In this document: positions 11,090-22,900 of the stretch, in pieces
How the letters are laid out: each line of letters opens with the position of its first letter
Position numbering within the stretch: the first letter of the stretch is position 1
Source of the DNA: Octopus vulgaris
Lineage: Eukaryota
Length of the DNA: 64,000 nt
Assembly (NCBI GenBank): GCA_951406725.2
Contig: OX597832.1
Coordinates: 1,240,001 to 1,304,000, forward strand
Direction: 5' to 3'
Translations under genes and position numbers: made by a program
The notes under the pieces: generated by a model
Databases searched by the model: none
What the model saw: only the letters and a program-made list of their open reading frames with translations
Told to the model about the DNA's origin: nothing

Positions 11090-13030
11090 GTATACCTCCA
11101 AAATTAAACATGACACAATGTTGAAGAAATCTGAAATTTCCTTCACTTTTGCTTCTGGTACTCGCATGAAACATCTCCAAAATTTAACATTTTAATGTAC
11201 AAAATATACTTCACATTATTATACATACTGTATAATATAGACACTATGATAGATCATTAGCCACTACACACATTTTTTTCTCTCCTTGTTTTCTCTGTGT
11301 ACCTTTCTGTAGAAGAGCGTAGGCTCGAAACGTAAAAGACTTTTTCTATTTCCGTGCGCTATACTAATACATCTGTTTGTTTTGTACACCACCTATCTTT
11401 GTCTTTTGTTTATTTTCGTAAACTTTCCCTTTATACATACTGTATGTTACTCATTTAATTTAAATGAAAAATGTGCAAATGTAGATCATACAACTTTTAG
11501 TTTTTTTCTAAGTGTGATAAATTTTGAAGTTGTTAAATGAAAATATTCTGATAATGATGTAGAACAAGTAAGTTTTAATAAATTAATCAAAAATAATTAA
11601 GAGAAAGCCAACTTTTTAAATATGAAATTGTTGATCTGCTTGTACTTTTTGACTTTTTACCTTTATTATTAGCTCTGAGTACTATGTCAAATCCACCGGA
11701 AGCAAAAGTGAAGAAGATTAAAGATTTCTTCAGTACTGCATCATGTCAAGAGAATGCAGAGATGCAATCCAGTGAACAAATTAATGATAAAGCACTTCCA
11801 GCATGTCAAGAAATGCCATAGAAGTTTTGCACAACACAAAAACAATTTGTGCTTGGAAAGATATTCAACTTTTCCAAGGATGCAAAGAAAAGCTCATATT
11901 GCCAGTCTGGTTCAATGAAACCCTGTGGCTTCATTATGACATTCAACATGATGCTGTTATCTGCTGATGTTGTCGGGGGGGGGGGGGTTTCAGTATAACA
12001 GAATTACAATACCAAAGGAAACCGCCTTCTTGACTTGTGTATGAAACTGGGGCAAAATTACAGGAAAAACTGCTGTACATAGCTGTTCCAGTCACCACAT
12101 GAAAGCAGTTAGCACTTTTGGTCAAACATCACTGAAACAGGTGGAGAGCAAAATAAGAAGATTAAGGATTTCTTACTCAAGCTTATGCTATGAGCAACAA
12201 CAAAGGCTACTGTCAAAAGACAGCTAAAACAATCTGGCAAAGCTTCCACTACATTTAGTATTAAGGTGGCCAGGAATGTATTTGGAATATGTGAACTTGT
12301 GGCATACAGCTCACAGCATCCAGGCACAACAGCTGGTAACTGCCTGAAGCTGATTGAGAAATTGAAGAAATGAAAAGTGAGAAAGTTTTGAAAACTATTT
12401 TGGCAAAATATCCTCAGCTAATTTTGTGAAAATTTCGAACACTTTTTGTTCCAAGAATACACCACTGCGTTTCAGAAATAGAAGAACTACTGAAGGTGCT
12501 CTCTCTTTTTCTGTCACCTGGCATCAGCAATTTTTCGGTATGAATGATGTCATCGAAAATGAATTGAATCACCGCTTTCAGCAAGAGGGAATGCGCATAT
12601 GCTCTGAGCAAGAGGATTTGCAGTTATCAGTAGTCAGCTATGACATGTTTGAGCCTACAAATGCATATCTGCCTTCTTTTGACTTGCCCTCACTGTCATC
12701 ATAAATCAAACTCCTCTTTGGCCTGTGGATGGAAAAGGAAACTTTCTCCTTATCATTGCATTGTTTAAAAATTTAAAGCTTCTGATGCTCTTATTTATTC
12801 TAGCATGCCACAAGTATTGATGCTAATCTAACTTATTCTGTCTTGTACATCTGGAAAAGTGCTTCAAATCATTCTTTTCTTTACTTGCTTGTTTTGGCAA
12901 TGAAACTTTTCATCAAGATGTGTAAAGTGTTTTCATAGCACAAATTTTTATGCACATTCAGTGTGTTGGGATATGGAGCCAAGTCTTCAAATGGTGAAAT
13001 GCACTGAAAGTTCTCTCACTTGCAGCTTAT
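11090..13030 (+). mobile_element. Decayed, internally deleted hAT transposon (ZMYM1/DUF4371-like), with an inverted C-terminal piece at about 12900-13025
   Basis: Colinear homology to 49140-49810 and 52300-54870 (FPKDAK, WLHYDIQHD, KATVK...KQSGKAST, IENEL..RFQQEGMR). Confidence 0.8.
11234..11430 (+). mobile_element. About 200-bp non-autonomous retro-insertion carrying a hammerhead-like motif
   Basis: 15-bp TSD ttatacatactgtat (11219-11233, 11431-11445); empty site in the hAT paralog near 49170-49190; motif CTTT-CTGTAGA-A-GAGC-gtag-GCTC-GAAA-CG-TA-AAAG at 11303-11338. Confidence 0.7.
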
Positions 13031-13059
13031 TCTGTCTTGTATCAAGTGAGAGAATGTTC

Positions 13060-13400
13060 GGAGTGTGGGCTGAAAAGTTCACAGGCTGACAATGAAGGAA
13101 AGATGTGGGAGCTGTGGAATCTTGCTTGCAGTAATTTCAAGTCTTCTTATTAATAACTGCATTGTTTCTTTCTGGGTAAACTGACATCTGAATATTCAGA
13201 GAAACTTCAAATGTAACTGTTAGCAACTTCTCTTGAAAATGCACAAAATTTGGCATTGTGCTGTAATCAAGTACCTGCAGAAAAAGGACATTCATGCTGA
13301 TATGGTTGTTACATTAGGAGATGACACTCCAGCTTTATCAACAGTGCGAAAGTGAGCAGCTGAATTTAGCGGAGAAAGAGTTTCGAGAAGACCCATGGTC
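13060..13400 (+). mobile_element. Mariner 5' fragment
   Basis: TIR-like cggagtgtgggctgaaaagttcacaggctgac; MHKIWHCAVIKYLQKK...LGDDTPALSTVRK*AAEF. Confidence 0.75.
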
Positions 13401-14006
13401 TGGATGTCTATTTTTTCTGCGCTTAACAGGTCCTTCTCCCCCATTTCCAAGTATAGCGCCAATGCCGAATCATCAAGGTACAATGGTTGTCCATATTGTG
13501 GAGTTTTGCCACCAACTTAATTTTTTTCAACCAAGTGATGACTTCTCCCTCGTCACAAAATGGCCTTACCATCTCGTTCGAAATATGGACCATACCAATA
13601 GTCTTTTTTTTTTTTATGAGCCAGAATAGCTTGTGATGTGAAGGAGGAAAAGGCAAACAAATAAACTGAGGGAGAATTATGGAGGTCTTACTTGTCTGCC
13701 TGGAAGCAGTCACTCAACGTCCACGTGGTGTGTCGGCTGCAATACAGTCCATCAGGTCTGCTCTCGTATGCTGTCAACTGCCTGCTCACGTCTCGCAGAT
13801 GTCCACCGCAGCCCTTCCAGTGGGACCTACAGTCCCCACCTCCGACAGGACCTGCATACTCCCTCACTTCCGGTCCTTCACTCCAACACAGCCTGGCTCA
13901 TAACACCACACGCCCTCCCCCTGATCTGAAGATCATTCAACCAACGTGACCACACACCTTAACTTGTCTCGTAATCAGCCAATGCAGCCTGGCTCATAAC
14001 ACCACA
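13400..14006 (-). mobile_element. Gypsy-like fragment: LTR stub, pol 3' end and PPT, full LTR (13632-13910), gag start
   Basis: LTR homologous to 21914-22201; gag MVHISNEMVRPFCDEGEVITWLKKIKLVAKL and YLDDSALALYLEM are homologous to the gag near 580-760. Confidence 0.85.
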
Positions 14007-14194
14007 ATTTGAAAATGAAAATAAATCAACTTTAACATCAATAATAGAATAACAGAACACTAGACTCTTTTCTACTCAAGGTACATGTCTGAATTCTAAC
14101 AAAAGGGAAATGTTTGAATGTCTAGCCATAATTCTGCTAGACCTTCAACGGCTGGAGAAAGTTCAAAAGCTCAACTTATTCTCATTAATCTGTA

Positions 14195-14895
14195 GGATCT
14201 TTTCAATTTGAATGTCAGTTTTTTAAAATAATTTCTATGTAACTAAACACTTTTAAACTTCATATACTGGTAGAATGTGTTTATAAAACATCTTTTTCTC
14301 TTGTCTTTCTTGAGAAAATTCTGTAGTTTGTAAGATATTTTCTTCAATTCTGGTAATTTCAACCAATCAATGACGTCTATTGAGGTGAAAACATTATCTG
14401 CCGGTGAAATATGAAAATGTCCCTAGTTTAAGAAACAGATTGGGTTTATTTACATTTCTGAAGAAAAAAAAGATACCCTTCCTTCCACCCCTAACCCTAA
14501 AACATTGAAACGCAATAGATCGATACTAGGGTCATAATTATGGGTGGACACTAAAGAGGGAACGGTTTTGTTATCCAGCTCTGCTTACGAGTGACCCCTC
14601 AGTTTATGGCCACAGGGTATCTTTTTTCTCATAAAATACAGGGACATTTTCATATGACGCCGCCATAAAATGTTACGGCAGAAATCGTTTTCACCTCAAT
14701 AGACGTCATTGATTGGTTGAAATTGCCGAAATGCAAGAAATTAAAGACCAAATATCTTACAAACTATAAAATTTTCTCAATAAAGCCAAGAGAAAAAGAT
14801 GTTTTATAAACACATTCTACCAGTATACGAAGTTTAAAATTTTTTAGTTACATAGAAATTATAAAAAAAAACTGCCGTTCAAACCGAAAAGATCC
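14195..14895. mobile_element. Merlin-type MITE
   Basis: Long TIRs GGATCTTTTC...GAAAAGATCC (about 200 bp); 8-bp TSD aatctgta (14187-14194, 14896-14903). Confidence 0.9.
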
Positions 14896-15029
14896 AATCT
14901 GTAAGTGCTGAGAGAAGAAAACAAAAGACTTTAAATTTAAATTTCAAAATGCTGATTTTTCTGCGATTAACCTTTTTTTTCCAGAATTATATCCTCCATA
15001 ACCCAAAACGTGAGATTCCGTAAAAAAAA

Positions 15030-15030
15030 T

Positions 15031-15061
<31 letters not shown>

Positions 15062-15090
15062 ACCACTCGTGTTCGACATCTCCTTTTTTT

Positions 15091-15152
<62 letters not shown>
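15030..15152. repeat. (TA)n microsatellites
   Basis: Two TA tracts visible directly. Confidence 0.95.
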
Positions 15153-15154
<2 letters not shown>

Positions 15155-16979
15155 GGAAGTTATGGCGGAAAGATCGTATCTTGTGAATTTTCCGAAAGTC
15201 CTCTCCCCACTCCATCAGGGTTGTCAGCGCGCATTTTTTTTTTAATATTCGTTTTTTACATACTTGTTAACACCCAGCAGACTGGTTTATTATTTTTTTG
15301 TTCCCGGGTGAAGATCTTTATATTAACCAAAGATTCTGAGATCGATGCGTTCAACTAAACATTATTCAAGGTGGTGCCCCAGCATGGCCTCAGTCTAATG
15401 ACTGAAATAAGTAAAAGGTGGGGCTTTTGTCCACTTTCACACTGTAACTACCAGGCTTTTGTCCGGATCCCAAATAGCTCATACCCTGTGAACACAAGAG
15501 CCACGAATTATGTTCGACTCACACAATATAATTGAACTGCAAATTTTCTTCTATTCGTGTACCTTTTCAAGTTGTTTCTCAAGTGAATATTATTATTTGA
15601 AAATCTAGTTTTAAAGTTGCGTACAAGCCAATCGCTCAGATATTGAAGTAATGGTAGTGAAACAATTTTAACCTAATTTCTGATGTTACATCGCCAGTAT
15701 ACGGTAGCTAGTATACTTTACACATATCAATAAAACATATAGAAAGCAAATTGTAAATAAATTCACAAAAACTCATCAGTAAAAAGTTTTGGTTTTCTAT
15801 GAAATACAACAAACAGAAAAAGAAAAGAGAAATAAAAACACCGCAGCAGTTAAAAGTTTCATTCAACGAAAATAATGGTTCTGAAAAAAATTTGTTTATC
15901 CACAAGTTTCAATATTTTACAACCCACACCTGGCACTTCCTTTCTAACGGATTCCTCCTTCTCGCTGTGTGTGAATGTTGGTTGTTATGGCCTGTCAGAG
16001 GGTGATCATTGGTTTCGCACCTATAAAGCGCTCAGCTGTGAAGGCGACTCGTCAAATATATAGACTTATATATATGTGTTGGAGCAGCCTTTTCACCTTT
16101 AAAACGGCACTGGTCATACACAAATTATTAACCAAATTGAAAACTAGGTTCTCTTCAATTCTAAAACAATTTGTCAGTTTTGTACTCCGAGAAGAATATT
16201 CTGAAACAATAAAAAGGTTGGTTAATCAAAGAATTGTATAAAAACAAACGCACCTTGTAAGAAAGTAAAAAATCCGATGGCTAGCATAAATAATTGACAA
16301 GTTTTCTTTATAAGCATTTTGATATATCTTTTTCATTGAACGATATCTGTTTACTTCTAGGTTTGCGTAATTACCACACCTGTAGAAATGGGACAATAGA
16401 AAGGGAGATAAATTTGTTTTGTGACTTCAAATAACATTTGAAATTTCTGGTTACTTATAAAGTAAAGTTTTTGATAATTCTCACAATTTGAAAGAAAGGA
16501 TGTTTTTTTTTATCTTTCACTTTTAAAACTAACAAAAAAGAAAAGAAAAAGGTTTGAAATAAACGATAGACAGTAAAAACAAATTATTTTCAATTTTTTC
16601 TTTTTCCAAAAGGAAAAAAAAGGTCAAGTTTAACTTTTAGGTAACTCTTTAATGTGAAATACGTTTGTGACAATCCCAAGTTGTCAAAAGTGATAGCATA
16701 CTTCGTTGTATATTTCACTTTTTCAAGAAAAAAAAAAAAAAAATATATATATACAAAAAGTCATTGAAATAAACTGTAGTTTCTTTGTGGTTTTTGTCAC
16801 TACAAAGATACAAACTGTAAACTATCCGCGAGTTATTTATTACCGTAAGTGAGGATTTTTGTTTGTGGGTGGTCGGTGGGGAAGAAAAGGTAATGAAAAT
16901 AAATAGATTATGGCCGCAGTTTAATGACTGAAACAAGTAAAAGTAAAAATACTTCAACCATTTCAAAGTAGGAAAGTAC

Positions 16980-17610
16980 TGACCTACAGATTTAAAAAAT
17001 ATTTTTTTGTAACTAAACAGTTTCAAACTTCGGACACTGGTAGAATGTGTCACATAAAACATCTTTTACTCTTAGCATTTTTTGAGAAAAACTTATATTT
17101 ACGAAAATATTTTACGTTAAAGTTGTTCTATTTCGGTAATTTCAACCAATCAATGTCGTGTATTCAGCTGAATAAAATTACTGCCGTTGTTTGTCAACAA
17201 CTATCGGCGGTGTATATTTCGTTTGTCACTGTTATTTATGACATCGTTCATGCGTTTGTACTGGTTTTAAGGTTTTGGTGTTAGGGTTAGGGTTTTAGGG
17301 TCAGAGTTAGGGTCAAGGTTTTAGGGTTAGGGTTATCATAAATAACAGTGACAAACGAAATATACACCGCCGGAAGTTCTTGTTGACAAACAACTGCAGT
17401 AATTTTATTCAGCTGTATACACGTCATTGATTGGTTGAAATTACCGAAATAGGACAACTTTAACGTGAAATAACTTCGTAAATATAAGTTTTTCTCAACA
17501 ATAAAAAGAGTAAAAGATGTTTTATATGACACATTCTACCAGTGTCTGAAGTTTGAAAGTGTTTAGTTACAAAAATTTTTTTAAATCTGTAGGTCAAAAG
17601 GTAAAGATCC
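16980..17610. mobile_element. Palindromic MITE related to the 14195-14895 family, with a TTAGGG-like centre
   Basis: Inverted arms about 16980-17242 and 17337-17594; shared internal sequence (ctggtagaatgtgt, aatttcaaccaatca); right end aaagatccc. Confidence 0.8.
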
Positions 17611-17677
17611 CTGAGTTTTGTACATAATATAGCAGAATGAAACAAACAGTACTGATTGTAAGGTTAATAACGCTGGA

Positions 17678-18097
17678 AAGGTGGCGAGCTGCAGGAATGT
17701 AAGCACGCTGGACGAAATACTGGTAGGCATGATGTTACCTTCTGAGTTCAAATTCCTCCGAGGTCGACTTTACCTTTCATCCTTTCGGGGTCGATAAATT
17801 AAGTACTAGTTACGTACTGGGGTTGATGCAATCAACTTAATCCCTTTGTCTGTCCTTGTTTGTCTCCTCTATGTTTAGTCCCTTGTGGGCAATAAAGAAA
17901 TAAGGAATGTTAGCACGCTGGGTGAAATGCTTACCAGTATTTCATCTGTCTTTACGTTCTGAGTTCAAATTCCGCCGAAGTCGACTTTCATCCTTCCGGA
18001 GTTGATAAATTAAGTACCAGTTGCGTACTGGAGTCGATCTAATCGACTGGCACCCCTCCCCAGAAATTTCAGGCGTTTATGCATAGAGTAGAAAAGA
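17678..18097 (+). mobile_element. Two tandem or nested tRNA-derived octopus-type SINEs
   Basis: Head aaggtggcgagctg; B-box gagttcaaattcc twice; body gtcgactt...gataaattaagtac twice; tails aataaagaaataag and gtagaaaaga. Confidence 0.8.
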
Positions 18098-18098
18098 G

Positions 18099-18450
18099 CA
18101 CTGGTCTGCATGATTTAAAATATTTTTTGATTGTATGGTATCTTTTCCGAAATATATATGAAAAATAGTGATTCATGGTGGTTTTTTTTAGTCATCTCCA
18201 TTACATCAGGTTCTTAAGTCATACAGAAATGTTACTTTTCTCTTTTTTGAATAACATAGGTAAATAATAAAGTATATTACCAATAAAAATGCTTACCTTA
18301 TATTTATTTAAATATTAAACCCAAAATATTTTTCTTTATTTTTCAGATTGTGAATATATCTAGTGGCTGCATAAATTCATCAGACATATTTCGCTATGTC
18401 TGCAGGCAATTCACCCTTTCAGATTCCCGGAGTAACATTTCTCCTTTGTT
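18099..18450 (+). mobile_element. 5' end of a Chapaev3-like (CMC) DNA transposon
   Basis: CACTGG terminus; intron acceptor, then SSGCINSSDIFRYVCRQFTLSDSRSNISPLL resembling the C.N.PD.FCY.CG.FTL N-terminus of Chapaev3-type transposases (from recall). Confidence 0.55.
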
Positions 18451-18657
18451 GAGTGTGTGTGCGTGTGTTGTGTGTACGTGCGTGCGAGTGAATGTATGCA
18501 TATATGTGCGTGTGTGTACAAATGTAGGAGTTTATATGTGTGTTTATATGTGTGTATATGTATGTATGCAAGCACACACTTTAAAATTGAAAGATTGATG
18601 GAAAAAATACAGCCAACCCCATATGCATGTATGTATGTATGTATGTATGTGTGTGTA

Positions 18658-18690
<33 letters not shown>

Positions 18691-19120
18691 GAGTGTGTAT
18701 GTATGTATGTGTGTGTGTGTATGTATGTATGTGTGTGTATGTGTGTGTGCATGCGTGTATGTAGGTGTAGGTATGTATGTGTGTGTGTATGTATGTGTGT
18801 GTGTATGTATGTGTGTGTGTGTATGTGTATGTTTGTGTGTGTGTGTATGTATGTATGTATGAATGTGGGCGCGTGTGCGTGGGGTTTCTTCTGGAGTTGT
18901 GTGGGCGTAATGTACATGCGCGTGCTTGTGTGCGCTTACGTGCGTGTATGTGTGTGTGTGTCTCTGCTAGGTGTTTATAAGTGTGTGTGTATCTGTATGA
19001 GTATTGTTTGTTGGTGTGTATAGGTGTGGAAGTATGTGTGCGTACATGTGCATGTAGGTTGTATGTGTGTGGTGTGTTGGAAGTAGGTGTGTTCGTGGAT
19101 ACGTGAGTATGTGTGTGTGC
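18450..19120. repeat. Compound (TG)n/(TATG)n microsatellite
   Basis: Directly visible low-complexity tract. Confidence 0.95.
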
Positions 19121-19129
19121 TTCTGTATA

Positions 19130-20690
19130 AGGACAATAAAAAAAAGAGAGGGAGAGGTGGAGCGCAGTCACTAAGAGGAGGGGGCTGTGTTGAGTCCGTG
19201 TGGGTATTGGTTTGTAGAGTGAAAATGAAACGTTGCTCCAAGTGAAGCCTGGATTGTGGAGGACCGTTGTGTGGGGCGAGACCAAATACAGAGATGTCAT
19301 CGGGGAATGGCTGGCCGAGCGGAAGTGACGTGCGACGGGAGAATTGGACCGTAGACATACATACATACACACACACATACATACATACACACACACACAC
19401 ACATACACACACACACATACATACACACATACATACATACACACACACACATACATGCATGCACACATACATACATACACACACACACACACACTTACAC
19501 ACATACATACATACACACATACATACACACATACACACACACATACATACACACACATATACACCCACACATACATACATACATACACACATACATACAT
19601 ACATTGTACACACACGCACAGATGTTCGACGAATTGGTCTGATAACCGGCGTCCCGTCTGTCCTATATACAGCATTCCGCAGAGGTTGCATTTAATGCAG
19701 TATATGAGACCAGACGAAGTACACGTAAAAGAATGTCTGATACGTACAGTTCGCTGGTTGGAACTGCAGTGGTGTTGGTGATGAAGGGGCAGGTGTTGCA
19801 GCGGGATCTGGAGCACGGGAGGGATCCGTGTGGGGCTGAAGGGGAAGAAGAGAGTGCTACGGACCAGGAGGTCGCGTAGATTCCGGGCTCGTTTGAAGGA
19901 GGACAGGGGTGGGTTGGAGAAAATGGGGCGGGTCGTGGGATCGAGCTGGAGGCGACGGAAGGCACGTAGTATCTTCCGACGAAGGGGTAGAGTAGAGGGG
20001 TGGAAAAGGAGGGGAAAGGGGGTGCGGTTGGGGGGGTGAGAGGAAGGAGAAAGGGCGGTGGTGCGACGGGTGAGGGCGTTCAAGACCAGTGTAGGTGGGT
20101 ATCCTCGATGCCTGAACAGGCGGGCCAGGTATTGAGACTGGGTCTCGAAATCCTGGTCGCGGCTGCACAAGTGTCGGAGGCAGAGGAACTGGGAGTAGGG
20201 GATGGCCCGTTTGGTGTGGAAGGGATGGGCGGAGAAGTTGAGATAGAGGTGGGAATCCGTGGGTTTGAAGAAAGCGGAGGTGGTGAGAGTTGGAGGGGTG
20301 GTCGATGCTGAGAGAGATATCAAGGAAGTTGACAAAGGTATTAGAGATGGTGGAAGTGAATTGTAGAGAAGGGTGGAAGTTAGAGAGGAAAGAGATGAAG
20401 TGGCAGAGTTGTTCGCGGGAAAGGGAGGTGGCGCCTATGCAGTCGTCTATGTAGCGACCGTATAGTTCTGGGGTTGGCCCGGAGAATTGGGAGAATACTT
20501 GGGCCTCATTGTAGCCAACAAAGAGATTGGCGAAATTGGGGCCCATTCTCGTTCCCATCGCGACCCCGGACAACTGTTGGTACGTTTCCCCGGCGAACGT
20601 GAAACAGTTGAGGGTGAGGACGAGCTCTGCCAGGCGGAGAAGGGTGGGGTGCAGGATGGCTCTGGACAGCATGCAGCTTCATCAAGAGGC
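19130..20690 (-). mobile_element. GC-rich Penelope-like element (RT plus GIY-YIG), 5'-truncated, few disablements
   Basis: LVLTLNCFTF, GVAMGTRMGPNFANLFVG, GRYIDDC, VNFLDI, KPTDSHLYL, AIPYSQF; FTCTSSGLIYCIKCNLCGMLYIGQTGRRL; (CA)/(CATA)n tract at about 19353-19618 inside GIY-YIG. Confidence 0.92.
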
Positions 20691-20699
20691 AAGCTGAAG

Positions 20700-22201
20700 G
20701 AGTGAGGTGGAGTGACAAAGTGGGTGAGAAGACAACTACCATGATGCAAGAAGTCTTGGAGAGAGTGACTGCAGAGAGGACCCAGTAAGAGGAAATTGTT
20801 GTGTGCCCAAATAGAGTGGATGTCCTGAGCAGAGTAAAGAAATTCTCGTTGCAGGTGCCAGAGGATCTGGAGTGGTTACAATGTGTTGACTGAGTGACTC
20901 AGAGCTGAGAAGACTGCATACCATGCATTACATGGGGTTGAACAGGACCCTGTTCCTAGCCAGGAAACTTGACTCAGACGTGACCAGGCAGAGTGTGCAG
21001 AGAGTAGTTGGGAGCTGTGACAGGTGCCAGTCTATTGACTCCACTTCGGGTGTGCATGAGGCAGTCGAGTGGAACACAACTGGTAGTGGATGTAATGCAC
21101 TACTGGCAGGGGACATACCTATTGATGGTTGAATGTGGACCAGGGCGATTGGCCATATGAAGGAAGATTAAGACAGGGACCACGGAAGGAATCACAAGAA
21201 TACTGAGATATTCCTAGAATGTGGTCCCATGGATGAGCCGCTTGTGGACAATGGCACTGCATTTCGCTTGGAAGTGCTGAAGGAAATGCTCAACAAGTGG
21301 CATATTAGCTGTTTCTTCAGAGTGGCATACCGCCCAAGTGGCAATGGGGTTGTGGAGAGGCATCATCGCACCATCCATACCTTAGTAGAGAGGGGCTATA
21401 TGTCACTAGTCAAGACAGTTTTTGGTATAATATGTCGCCCAGGTTGGGACAGGCTGAGGAGCCAGTGCCACACAGGGCAATATTCATGTATGAGTGGAGA
21501 CATCCATGTACTGCATCGCCACAACCCACAGAAGAGAAAGAGCATGCCTTTTCGCAGGTCAAGGAAGAATTCTGGGTTAAACCCCCAAATGCATGGTGCA
21601 CATCACCATGGGGAAAAGGGACAATAACCTCTGTAAATTCGAGGAACAATGTGTCCATAGATGGCATGCCACGTCATGTTTTAGATGTGCACAGGATCAT
21701 CAATGCGACAGAGGATGGAGCCAACAGTAATGGACAAGAGGACGAAGCTGGTAGCAACATGCCAGGGAGTGAGGCCAGTCCTGAGGTTCCACAGTGGTTG
21801 CAGAGGGAGCAGTGCTCTCCACACTGGTTGGCTGATTATGAGACAAGGCATATGGTCAGGGTTGAGGAGAGGGTGTGGGCAGGTTAGTTGAATGATCTTC
21901 AGATCAGGGGGCATATGGTGTTATGAGCTAGGCTATGTTGTAGGGAAGGACCGGAAGTGAGGGAGTACGCATGTCCCGTCGGAAGTGGGGCATGTGTGTC
22001 CCACAGGAAGGGCCGTGGTGGACATGCAGGGTTGGCATGACACAAACGGTTAGTTGGTAGTGGACAGTGTACAAGAGCAGACCTGTTAGGCAGTACAGCA
22101 GCAGACAGAGCATGTGAGCGTTGTGAGTGACCCTTCCAGATAGACAGGTAAGACTACCATAATTCTCTCTCTGCTTCTGTCTTTTCCTCCTTCACATCGC
22201 A
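20700..22201 (+). mobile_element. Gypsy-like LTR retrotransposon 3' half (pol remnants, integrase, PPT, 3' LTR about 21914-22201)
   Basis: LHTMHYMGLNRTLFLAR...CDRCQSID; LVDNGTAFR...AYRPSGNGVVERHHRTI integrase core; LTR homologous to 13632-13910. Confidence 0.88.
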
Positions 22202-22204
22202 ATA

Positions 22205-22900
22205 ATGATATCAAAGTCTCTGAAATTTTTCTCTGGCTTTTTGAAATATTTTCAATGATACTTAAGAATGCATTGTACACATCTGTTAAGATGCAAAATG
22301 AAATTATATGATTTATGAAAGATGTCTTGAATCAAATAAGTGATGATATTCATCAATCAGATACCACCTTCTTTTTTACTATTAAATGCAATAGAACTCA
22401 TGATCCTACTAATATTAAAAATATCTTTGTCATTATAGAGTTTATAAAAGTGGCATGGGGGGTGGGGCATGTCAGAAAGTCCAATTGCTTTAACTGTGCC
22501 CGAAAACTTCAAGGCTGAAATTTTGACTAATGCTATATTGTTCAAAGTACTGATGATGCTAGACTAAAGTGCTATGATGGTGCTTCAATAATATCTGGCT
22601 GAATTGCTGGTGTCCAAGAAATATTGCAACAGAAATCCCATATGTGCACAACTTCAATCACCAGTTACATTTAGTTGTTGTTCATGCAGTTGAAGAGCTT
22701 TTTAGCATTTATCGGAATAACAGTGGTCTGGGTATCTAGCAACTATTATCACTACACTTACCAATCATGAACACATAGTGCAAGTGCTTCAGAATGCTGA
22801 AAATGATAGTTCTAAGATAAACACCAATTGGTATTTTGAAACAGATTACAAGCCTCAGATTTATCTTTTATTGCCATTCTTCTTGAAGATATTCTGAAAG
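22205..22900 (+). mobile_element. Decayed hAT (ZMYM1-like) transposase fragment
   Basis: NALYTSVKMQNEII, KCYDGASIISG, GVQEILQQK, HNFNHQLHLVVVHAV. Confidence 0.7.

Noticed and set aside
15152-15170. ETS (CCGGAAGT) plus YY1-like (ATGGCGG) promoter motifs
   Set aside because: Adjacent sequence resembles the repeat units at about 51625-51680, so it is probably repeat-derived; no transcript evidence.
18350-19781. Long His/Thr- and Cys/Val-rich ORFs, including much of the 584-aa ORF
   Set aside because: Translations of (TG)n/(TATG)n microsatellites; only the PLE-derived parts are real coding sequence.
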